A stretch of DNA of 31,380 nucleotides from a virus (taxonomy: Duplodnaviria; Caudoviricetes): the IMG/VR virus record IMGVR_UViG_3300032257_000548, positions 1 through 31,380 of that record. One strand, 5' to 3'. Positions 24,331-31,380 of this stretch are shown here, in pieces. Numbering within the stretch: the stretch's first letter is position 1; each line of letters opens with the position of its first letter. A program made the position numbers and the translations under genes. Below the pieces are notes generated by a model, which saw only the letters and a program-made list of their open reading frames with translations, ran no database searches and had not been told where the DNA came from.

Positions 24331-25503
24331 ATGCCCGAGCAATTTCTCCACGGGGTCGAGGTCGTCGAGATCGACACCGGCACCCGCCCCATTCGCACCG
24401 TTCGTTCTGCGGTCATCGGTATGGTGGGCACTGCCCCCGATGCTGATCCCGCCAAATTCCCTTTGAATACGCCGGTTCTGATCGCAGGCAAGCGCGGCGA
24501 TGCCGCTGGCCTCGGCGATGCGGGCACCCTGATGCCTGCCATCGACGATGTGTTCGATCAGGCCGGAGCGGTCGTGGTTGTCGTGCGCGTCGATGAAGGC
24601 ATCGATGATGCCGGAACGCTCAGCAATGTGATCGGCGGCACCGATGGCATCACCGGGCTGCCCGAAGGGCTCCAAGTGCTCCTGACCGCCGAAAGCGTTC
24701 TGGGCGTTGCCCCGCGCATTCTGGTCGTGCCTGAGTTCAGCCAGGAAGCGGCTGTTGTCGCGGATCTTGTGGCCATCGCCACCAAGCTGCGCGCAATCAT
24801 CGTTGTCGATGGCCCGAACAGCACCGATGCCGACGCTATCGCCTTCCGCGACACGCTGGGATCGGATCGCATCTATCTGGTCGATCCCTGGGTGAAAGTC
24901 TGGGATACGGTCAACGCGGCAGAGATCATCCGCCCGGCCTCGGCACGCGTGGCAGGCGTCATTGCCAAATCCGACGCCGAGCGCGGGTTCTGGCATTCGC
25001 CCTCGAACCGGGTGATCGATGGTATCCTGGGCACGGCCCGCGCCATCGATTTCACCCTGGGCGATGTCACGTCGCGCGCCAATATCCTCAATGAAAACGA
25101 GGTCACCACGATCATCCAGCGCGACGGATACCGGCTCTGGGGTAACCGGACGGTGACCGCCGATCCGAAATGGGCATTCCTCAAGCGCCGCCGGATTGCC
25201 GACATGATCAATGAGAGCATCATGCAGGCGCATTTCTGGGCGCTGGACCGCAATGCGGACCGCACCTATTTCGAGGATGTGATCGAGGGAGTGAACGCCT
25301 ATGGCCGCCGCATGATCGCCGTGGGTGCGCTGGTGGGGTTCAAATGCTGGGCCGATCCCGACCTGAACACGCCCGAGGCGCTGGAGGCTGGCAAGGTCTA
25401 TTTCGACTACGATTGGGTCGAGACGCCCACCGCCGAACACATCACCTTCCGTTCCATGATCAACAACGGCTACCTCTCCGAGGTTCTGCCCGTCGCCGCC
25501 TGA
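24331..25503 (+). CDS. Tail sheath protein (P2 FI-like)
   Basis: FLHGVEVVEI...FPLNTPVL...PRILVVP...GFWHSPSN...GYRLWGNRT; 390 aa. Confidence 0.96.
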   Translation: MPEQFLHGVEVVEIDTGTRPIRTVRSAVIGMVGTAPDADPAKFPLNTPVLIAGKRGDAAGLGDAGTLMPAIDDVFDQAGAVVVVVRVDEGIDDAGTLSNVIGGTDGITGLPEGLQVLLTAESVLGVAPRILVVPEFSQEAAVVADLVAIATKLRAIIVVDGPNSTDADAIAFRDTLGSDRIYLVDPWVKVWDTVNAAEIIRPASARVAGVIAKSDAERGFWHSPSNRVIDGILGTARAIDFTLGDVTSRANILNENEVTTIIQRDGYRLWGNRTVTADPKWAFLKRRRIADMINESIMQAHFWALDRNADRTYFEDVIEGVNAYGRRMIAVGALVGFKCWADPDLNTPEALEAGKVYFDYDWVETPTAEHITFRSMINNGYLSEVLPVAA

Positions 25504-25552
25504 ATGGCTGGCGCTCAAGTAGCAGCGCGGTAGCGCAGAAAGGACCGATCCA

Positions 25553-26059
25553 ATGCGTGATCTTCTGAAATTCATGAACGTCTTTGTCGATGGCTACGGC
25601 TATGCCGGAGTGGCCAGCGCCGCCGAAGTGCCCAAGATCGAGGTCGCCACCCGCGAGTTCAAGGCAGCAGGCATGTCCGGCCCCATCGATGTGCGCCTGG
25701 CGCGCCTGGCCAACGTGCTGATGGCCAAGCTGACCTTTGAGGGGTTCGATCCGCACCTTTATGAGGCGCTGGATATCACCGAAGGCTCCACCATCCCCTT
25801 TACCGTCAAGGGTTCCACCGAGGACGGCGACGGCACCACGCACGCGCACAACATCAAGATGCGTGGCTTTATCAAGGTGCTTGACGAGGGCGAATGGAAG
25901 GATGGCGAAGCCGTTCCGCTGAAACTCGATCTCAGCCTGCGCTATTACAAGCGCGAGCGCGATGGTGTCGAGCTTTTCGAGATCGATCAGGAAAACATGG
26001 TTTTCCGCGTGAATGGCCGCGACCAGCTGGCCGAACACCGCACCAATATCGCGCGCTGA
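25553..26059 (+). CDS. Major tail tube protein (P2 FII-like)
   Basis: LKFMNVFVDGYGYAG...AAGMSGPI...YYK...LFEID..NM...NGRDQL. Confidence 0.95.
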   Translation: MRDLLKFMNVFVDGYGYAGVASAAEVPKIEVATREFKAAGMSGPIDVRLARLANVLMAKLTFEGFDPHLYEALDITEGSTIPFTVKGSTEDGDGTTHAHNIKMRGFIKVLDEGEWKDGEAVPLKLDLSLRYYKRERDGVELFEIDQENMVFRVNGRDQLAEHRTNIAR

Positions 26060-26071
26060 GGGGGCTGACAC

Positions 26072-26353
26072 ATGAGCAATTCAGAAACCATCACGCTGGA
26101 ATTTCCGTTCGAGCACAAGGGTGAGACCTATGAGGAGCTGGTGGTGCGCCGCCCCAAGATGCGCGATCTCAAGAAATTCGAGGGCATCAAGGACAAGATG
26201 AAAAAGGCCATCACCATGCTGGCCGATCTGGCCGAGGTCACGCCCGATACCATCGATGAAATGGACCCTACGGATTTCGACAAGGCATCGCGGGTGATCG
26301 CGGGTTTTTTGGGCGTATCGGAGGAGGAAATCCAAAGGCTTTCCGACCGGTAG
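26072..26353 (+). CDS. Tail assembly chaperone (gpE-like)
   Basis: ITLEFPF...LVVRRPKMRDL...IDEMDPTDF...IAGFL; contains the slippery site GGGTTTTTTG at 26302-26311. Confidence 0.9.
   Translation: MSNSETITLEFPFEHKGETYEELVVRRPKMRDLKKFEGIKDKMKKAITMLADLAEVTPDTIDEMDPTDFDKASRVIAGFLGVSEEEIQRLSDR
26302..26311 (+). other. Programmed -1 ribosomal frameshift site
   Basis: G GGT TTT TTG. The -1 frame stays open to TGA at 26482-26484. Confidence 0.8.
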
Positions 26354-26361
26354 AGCTGTTC

Positions 26362-26484
26362 ATGAGCCGCCATTTCCGCTGGCAGCCATCCGAGATCGAT
26401 GAGCTGCCGGTGGAAGACCTTCTCGAATATTTCGAGGATGCCAGGCAATTTCTCAAGGAAGAAGCGGAGGCGCGAGCCCGATGA
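26362..26484 (+). CDS. gpE' (frameshift extension of the tail chaperone); not in the ORF track
   Basis: My translation: MSRHFRWQPSEIDELPVEDLLEYFEDARQFLKEEAEARAR, matching the F.W.PSE.D.L P2 gpE' pattern. It lies in the -1 frame of gpE. Confidence 0.85.
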   Translation: MSRHFRWQPSEIDELPVEDLLEYFEDARQFLKEEAEARAR

Positions 26485-29400
26485 GCACGAGCATTGGCGT
26501 CGATGTCCTGGTCAGCCTGGTGGATCGCCTGGCGCGCCCGCTGAGGAATGCCGAAGCCACCATCGCCGCCGCTTCCGAGCGGATGAACCGCCGCCTGCGC
26601 CTGTCAATGCAGGTCACTGGCGCGGGCGTGGCGGCGGCGGGCGTGGCTTACGGCGCGCAACGCATGGTCACCAGCTTTACCGACAGCATCCGCGACGTGG
26701 AGCAGGCGCGTGGCGAGTTGGCCACGCTGGGCGTTCGCGACCTCGATCTGATCGTGTCGCGGGGCCGCGACATGCAGGCGCAATGGGCCGGTGTGACCAG
26801 CGCCGCTTTCGTGTCGGCTGCTTACGATATCCGGTCGGGCATCAGCAGTCTGACCGATCAGGGCGTGGCCGATATGACCGCCGCCGCGACCGTGATGGCC
26901 CGCGCCACGCGCAGCGAGATCGGCAATATGACCAACCTGATGGCCGGGGCCTATGGCATCTACCGCCGCCAGTTCGAGGACATGACCGATGCCGAGTGGG
27001 GCGATATGTTCGGGGCGGCGCTGTCGGCTGCTGTGCAGCAGTTCCGCACCGATGGCGTGGCGATGCAGCAGGCGATCCAGAGTGCCGGGGCCGGGGCCAC
27101 CAATCTGGGCATGGAAATGACCGAGCAGCTGGCGCTTCTGGGCATGATGCAAGGCCAGATGCAGTCGGGCGAGGCGGGCACGGCACTGGCGTCATTCGCA
27201 CGTAACGCCGCGCGCGCAGAGGAGGCTTTCGCTGGATTGGACGGAACCCGTGTGCGCCTGATCGATGACAACGGCCAGCTGCGCGCCATGCCCGATATCC
27301 TGGCTGATCTGACCGCGCGCTATGGTGAAACACTGGAAGCCTCGGAGGCCTATGAAATCCAGCAGGCGCTGGGCTCGGATGAAGCCATGCGCCTGGTCAA
27401 CGCGCTCTATGGCCAGGAGGAGGCCGTTCGCGCCAACGAGGCGGCCCTGTCCGACGCGGCGGCTCAGGGCGCGGAATACACCGAGGGAATGGCAGCGGTT
27501 CGCGATGTCGAAAACGGTCTTACCGGCATGGATTTGATGGGGCAGAAGATCAACGTGCTCTGGCAGGCAATCGGCGAACGGCTTCTTCCTGCGATTGATC
27601 GGATTTTGCCCTATATCGACGCCTTCACGGAACGCACACTCGCGTGGATCGATGCGAACCCCGAGTTGGTCACCCAGATCGGCATGGTGGTGGTGGCAAT
27701 CGGGGCCATTGCCGCCGCCGCCGCGCCGGTTCTGATCGCGCTGGGCGGACTGATCGCCAGCTGGGCGGTGGTGAGCTATGGGGCCACGCGCTTTGCGCTG
27801 GCCCTGACCGGCGTGGGCCGGGCCTTGATCTGGATGGGCCGGGCGCTTCTGGCCAACCCCATCGGCCTGGCCGTCGCGGTCATCGCGGGCGCGGCCTATC
27901 TGATCTATCAAAACTGGGAACCGGTCTCGGCCTGGTTCGCCGATCTGTGGGAGGACGTAACCGATATATTCGGCGGCGTCGGCGATTTCATCGGCGGTAT
28001 CTTCACCGGTGACATGAGCCGCGCGCGCGAAGGTCTGGAGGCTATCTGGAGCGGGCTGCAAGGCTTCTTTTCCGGCATCTGGGATGGCATCGCCGGGGTC
28101 TTTACCTATGCGTATCAGAACTGGATCAGGCCGGTTCTGGACGCGCTTGGCATCACCGACCAGATCGAGGCCGCATGGTCCACAATCAGCGGGTTCTTTT
28201 CCGGCATCTTTGGCGATATCGGCGGTTACTTTCGCGGGTTGGGCGAGGTTGTCACGGGCGTTCTGAGCGGCGATATGGAGCGCGCCCGCGCCGGTGCGCA
28301 GGCCGCATGGGAGGCCTTTTCCAGCTTCGTGGATCGCATCCTGACCGCCATCGGTGGATATTTCACTGCGGTCTGGGAGAACGTCATCCGGCCCGTCACC
28401 AATGCGCTCGGCGTGACCGAGTATATCGAAACCGCCTGGAGCGCCGTTCAAAACGCGCTGGACAGCATTCTAAACGCCATTGGCTCGGTCTTTTCAACAA
28501 TGTGGGGCGTGGTCGAGCCCATCGTGGACGCCCTAAGATCGCCCGGCGGCGTCGGGGCGGCGTGGCAGGCGGTGCAGGATGCTCTTGCCCCGGTTCTGGA
28601 TTGGATCGGCCGGAAATTCGAAACCGTGATGGAATTTATCCAGCCGGTTCTGGATGCACTGAACTGGACGCTGCGCAATGCCGGTGCGGCGGTGGCGGCT
28701 CTCGGCCTCGGCGAAGCTAGCAGCGTTATGGATGGCCGCGAAGCACCTGCGCCGGGCGACGGCGCGGCACCCAGGCCCGGAACGACAACGCTGCCCGCCC
28801 TGACCAATGGCACCACGCCATATACCAGTGTTCCATCCGCAATTGACATGCTGGGCGGCCAGGCGCGCGCGCGCGGCGGGGCGTTTCGCTCCGGCTGGCT
28901 TCTGACCGGCGAGGAAGGCCCCGAGCTGGAATACCGGACAGAAGGCGGCTTTATCGCCCATAATGGTCAGCTGCGCGGTATGCTGGCGATGGCCGAACGC
29001 ACCCGCGCCATCATTGGCGGGATCGACATAGGCGGGATCGCAACCGCCGCCGTGCCCTTGCCGGCCAACGCACGCGACGGTGCCTTCCGCCCCGGCTGGC
29101 TTCTGACCGGCGAGGAAGGCATGGAATTTATCCAGCCGGAGCGGAAGGCACTGAACTTGACACTGGACAATACCGGGGCGGCGGTGGCGGCTCTTGACCT
29201 CGGCGATAGGGGCAGCGTCATGGATGGGCGCGAAGCACCTCAACAGGGCGATGTTGCGGTCCCCAGGCCCGGAACGTCAATGCCACCCGCCCTGACCAAT
29301 GGCACCACGCCATATACCAGTATTCCATCCGCAATTGATACGCTCGGTATTCAAGCCAACGCACGCGGCGGTGCCTTCCGCCCCGGCTGGCTTCTAACCG

Positions 29401-29744
29401 GCGAGGACGGCCCCGAGCTGGAGTATCGCAACGAGGGCGGGTTCATCGCCCACACCCGCGCATTGACCGGCATGCTGGCGACGGCCGAACGCACCCGCGC
29501 CATCATGGGCGGGATCGGCATGGGCGGGATTGCCACCGCCGCCGTGCCCGCGCTGGCCACCGTCGCGGCGGCGGCTGGCCCTGTCATGCAGCGCGGCCCG
29601 GTCACCCTGTCGCCCACCTATAACACGCCGATGAGATTTGAGGCCGGGGTCGATCCCGAGGAAATCCGCGCCACGATAATGGATGTGCTGGGCGAGATGC
29701 AGGACCGCGCCCAGGCCGAGCTGAGGAGCGTGTTGCATGACTAA
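26481..29744 (+). CDS. Tail tape measure protein (TP901-like core) with duplicated C-terminal region
   Basis: 1087 aa, Ala/Gly-rich; LLANPIGLAVAVIAGAAYLIYQNWEPV; periodic W/F repeats; RARGG...LTGEEGPEL motif. Confidence 0.95.
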   Translation: MSTSIGVDVLVSLVDRLARPLRNAEATIAAASERMNRRLRLSMQVTGAGVAAAGVAYGAQRMVTSFTDSIRDVEQARGELATLGVRDLDLIVSRGRDMQAQWAGVTSAAFVSAAYDIRSGISSLTDQGVADMTAAATVMARATRSEIGNMTNLMAGAYGIYRRQFEDMTDAEWGDMFGAALSAAVQQFRTDGVAMQQAIQSAGAGATNLGMEMTEQLALLGMMQGQMQSGEAGTALASFARNAARAEEAFAGLDGTRVRLIDDNGQLRAMPDILADLTARYGETLEASEAYEIQQALGSDEAMRLVNALYGQEEAVRANEAALSDAAAQGAEYTEGMAAVRDVENGLTGMDLMGQKINVLWQAIGERLLPAIDRILPYIDAFTERTLAWIDANPELVTQIGMVVVAIGAIAAAAAPVLIALGGLIASWAVVSYGATRFALALTGVGRALIWMGRALLANPIGLAVAVIAGAAYLIYQNWEPVSAWFADLWEDVTDIFGGVGDFIGGIFTGDMSRAREGLEAIWSGLQGFFSGIWDGIAGVFTYAYQNWIRPVLDALGITDQIEAAWSTISGFFSGIFGDIGGYFRGLGEVVTGVLSGDMERARAGAQAAWEAFSSFVDRILTAIGGYFTAVWENVIRPVTNALGVTEYIETAWSAVQNALDSILNAIGSVFSTMWGVVEPIVDALRSPGGVGAAWQAVQDALAPVLDWIGRKFETVMEFIQPVLDALNWTLRNAGAAVAALGLGEASSVMDGREAPAPGDGAAPRPGTTTLPALTNGTTPYTSVPSAIDMLGGQARARGGAFRSGWLLTGEEGPELEYRTEGGFIAHNGQLRGMLAMAERTRAIIGGIDIGGIATAAVPLPANARDGAFRPGWLLTGEEGMEFIQPERKALNLTLDNTGAAVAALDLGDRGSVMDGREAPQQGDVAVPRPGTSMPPALTNGTTPYTSIPSAIDTLGIQANARGGAFRPGWLLTGEDGPELEYRNEGGFIAHTRALTGMLATAERTRAIMGGIGMGGIATAAVPALATVAAAAGPVMQRGPVTLSPTYNTPMRFEAGVDPEEIRATIMDVLGEMQDRAQAELRSVLHD
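28629..29549 (+). repeat. Diverged in-frame direct repeat, about 429 bp, period 492 bp
   Basis: ATGGAATTTATCCAGCCGG at 28629 and 29121; ACCGCCGCCGTGCCC ending at 29057 and 29549. Confidence 0.95.
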
Positions 29745-30192
29745 GGTGATGATGCTGTTGGGGACCTATCCGTTCATGCTGGAAACCGCCGCCTATCAAC
29801 AGATCAAGCGCGTCTCCTCTTACCGCTGGAAGGAACAGGCCCGGATCGGGCGCAAGCCGGGCCAGCAATATGTCGGGCCGGGGGCCGATCAGATTACGCT
29901 CAACGGGGAAATCCTGCCGCATTGGAAGGGCGGCTATGGCCAGCTCGACGCGATGCGGGCACAAGCCGCGCGGGGCAAACCGCTGATGCTCCTGGAGGGC
30001 TATGGCGGCTACGTTCTGGGCGATTGGGTGATCCTGAAAATCAGCGAAACGAAATCGGAGCTGATGGGCGATGGCAGCCCGCGCGTCATCGCCTTTTCGA
30101 TGACCCTCAAGGAATACGGGGCCGATCAGGGCGATATCGCCGCGCTTGGCACCGGGCTTGCGGCGCTCAGCACATTGGCGAGGCTGGTATGA
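29737..30192 (+). CDS. Tail protein (P2 gpU-like)
   Basis: MMLLGTYPF...YQQIKR..YRW...QYVGPGADQITLNG...LGDWVI. Confidence 0.92.
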   Translation: MTKVMMLLGTYPFMLETAAYQQIKRVSSYRWKEQARIGRKPGQQYVGPGADQITLNGEILPHWKGGYGQLDAMRAQAARGKPLMLLEGYGGYVLGDWVILKISETKSELMGDGSPRVIAFSMTLKEYGADQGDIAALGTGLAALSTLARLV

Positions 30193-30395
30193 AGTATCGC
30201 ACCAAGGAAGACGACGTGCTGGATGCGGTTTGTGCCCGCCACTATGGCGATATTCCCTTTCGTATCGAGGATGTAATTGCCGCCAATCCCGGCCTCTCGG
30301 CGCTGGGTTCGGTTCTGCCATCCGGTTTGATCATCGACCTGCCGGTGTTCGAGGATTATGCACCGGAGCGCGCGACCGTGCGCTTGTGGAGCTGA
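30189..30395 (+). CDS. Tail protein X (LysM-like)
   Basis: YRTKEDDVLDAVCARHYG...ANPGL...LPSGLIIDLP...VRLWS. Confidence 0.92.
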   Translation: MKYRTKEDDVLDAVCARHYGDIPFRIEDVIAANPGLSALGSVLPSGLIIDLPVFEDYAPERATVRLWS

Positions 30396-30399
30396 CCCA

Positions 30400-31380
30400 A
30401 TGACCCCCGCCTTCAAGATCATCGCGGCGGGCGTCGACATCACGCCCCAGATCAAGGACCGCCTTCTCGGCCTCAGCGTCAGCGATGAGGCCGGGTTCAA
30501 ATCCGATATGGTCGAGATCACCCTGGATGATCGCGACAATGCGTTAGAGCTGCCCCTGCCAGGCGCGCCGATAACCGTTTTTATGGGCTACGAGGAGACC
30601 TATCTTGCGCCGATGGGTGTGTTCAGCGCCGATGAGGTTCTGGCCAAGGGACCGCCCGACACCGTAACGATCCGGGGCAAGTCGGCGAACCTAGGCGGGT
30701 CGATGCAGGAACAGAAAACGCGGGAGTGGCACGAGAAAACCATTGGCGATATCGTTTCCACCATCGCAGGCGAACACGGGCTGGAGCCGGGCGTTGCCGC
30801 GCGCTTCGCCGATTTCTTCTATGAACATCTCGACCAGACCGACGAAAGCGACATGAATTTCCTGACGCGCATGGCACAGGACCACGACGCCATCGCGACC
30901 GTGAAAGGGGAAACGCTCCTCTTTATCGGACGCGGCGAAGGCCGGACGGCCAGCGGCCTTCCGATGCTGCCCGTGCCGATCACCAAATCGGGAAAACTCA
31001 AATGGTCGATGACTCTTGCCACGCGGGGCGATTTCAGATCGGTAGAGGCCTATTGGCAGGATCAGGAGGCTGGCACCCGGCAGACCGTGACGGCGGGCGA
31101 AGGCGCGCCGGTGCGCAAGTTGCGCCACGCCTATCCGACCGAAGAAGAAGCCCGAAGCGCCGCCCAGGCAGCGCTCGATGAGGCCCAGCGTGGCAAGGAC
31201 ACGTTAAAGGTAGACATGCCCGGAAATCCGCTAATCGCCGCAGAGGGTCAAATCCTCGCCATCGGGTTCAGGATCGGCGTGAGCGGCCTGTGGTCTATCA
31301 CCCGCGCTCGGCACCGTATAAACCTGCGCGGTTTTACCACTTCAATCGACACCGAGAAGCCGAAATCAGAGCCGGTTTAG
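30400..31380 (+). CDS. Baseplate hub / late control protein (P2 gpD-like)
   Basis: TPAFKI...DITPQIKDRLLGLSVSDEAG..SD...LDQTDESDMNFLTR...ATVKG. Confidence 0.94.
   Translation: MTPAFKIIAAGVDITPQIKDRLLGLSVSDEAGFKSDMVEITLDDRDNALELPLPGAPITVFMGYEETYLAPMGVFSADEVLAKGPPDTVTIRGKSANLGGSMQEQKTREWHEKTIGDIVSTIAGEHGLEPGVAARFADFFYEHLDQTDESDMNFLTRMAQDHDAIATVKGETLLFIGRGEGRTASGLPMLPVPITKSGKLKWSMTLATRGDFRSVEAYWQDQEAGTRQTVTAGEGAPVRKLRHAYPTEEEARSAAQAALDEAQRGKDTLKVDMPGNPLIAAEGQILAIGFRIGVSGLWSITRARHRINLRGFTTSIDTEKPKSEPV

Larger units (their letters stand above)
1..31380. mobile_element. Transposable (Mu-like) prophage/phage with P2/PBSX-like head and P2-like contractile tail; ends not in window
   Basis: ner-like, DDE transposase, AAA+ ATPase, gam and gemA, followed by lysis, head and myovirus tail modules. 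No recognisable host genes. Confidence 0.95.

Noticed and set aside
19833-26059. Type VI secretion system or stand-alone tailocin/eCIS
   Set aside because: PAAR, gp25, sheath and tube lie with capsid, portal, terminase and tape measure, so this is a phage tail.
28629-29549. Diversity-generating retroelement template/variable repeat pair
   Set aside because: Differences are not confined to adenines, both copies are in one ORF, and no reverse transcriptase is in the window.
4647-30399. Long N-terminal extensions given by the ORF track (for example starts 4647, 5383, 5604, 19659, 22757, 24043, 29922, 30358)
   Set aside because: They overlap upstream genes or structured gaps. Downstream ATGs have better RBSs and family-typical N-termini.
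1-31380. Mu ends (TG...CA), c repressor, gin, com/mom
   Set aside because: The window begins at the ner-like start codon and ends at the gpD stop, so these would lie outside. Their absence cannot be claimed.

Overview
The whole window is the interior of a GC-rich transposable (Mu-like) prophage or phage, probably from an alphaproteobacterium (Rhodobacteraceae-like, inferred from protein families). It runs from a ner-like gene to the P2 gpD-like baseplate hub gene. The genome ends, the c repressor and any gin/mom region are not visible. (1) A rightward early/middle block carries ner-like, MuA-type DDE transposase, MuB-type ATPase, Gam, HU, GemA, an Ogr/NrdR-like zinc ribbon and a C5-methyltransferase-like gene. 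It ends in a MuF minor head protein with a toxin-like C-terminal extension, a probable immunity gene and an exported moron. (2) A leftward block carries a PBSX/P2-Q-type portal, a P2-gpP-type terminase, a virion morphogenesis gene, a GH108 endolysin, holin, spanins and DUF1353. (3) A rightward block carries an XkdF-type protease/scaffold, a P2-family capsid and a P2-like contractile tail with a separate PAAR protein and an E/E' -1 frameshift. The strongest leads are: the MuF toxin/immunity pair detached from the head genes; Mu-type replication joined to a divergent P2/PBSX-type head; a four-copy CAAAGGAACC array inside the 5' end of the transposase, together with a stand-alone paralog of the transposase's N-terminal HTH; an Ogr-like gene in place of Mor/C; a nested duplication in the tape measure C-terminus; and two strongly structured intergenic regions. 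All assignments were made by eye from motifs and synteny; no searches were run.
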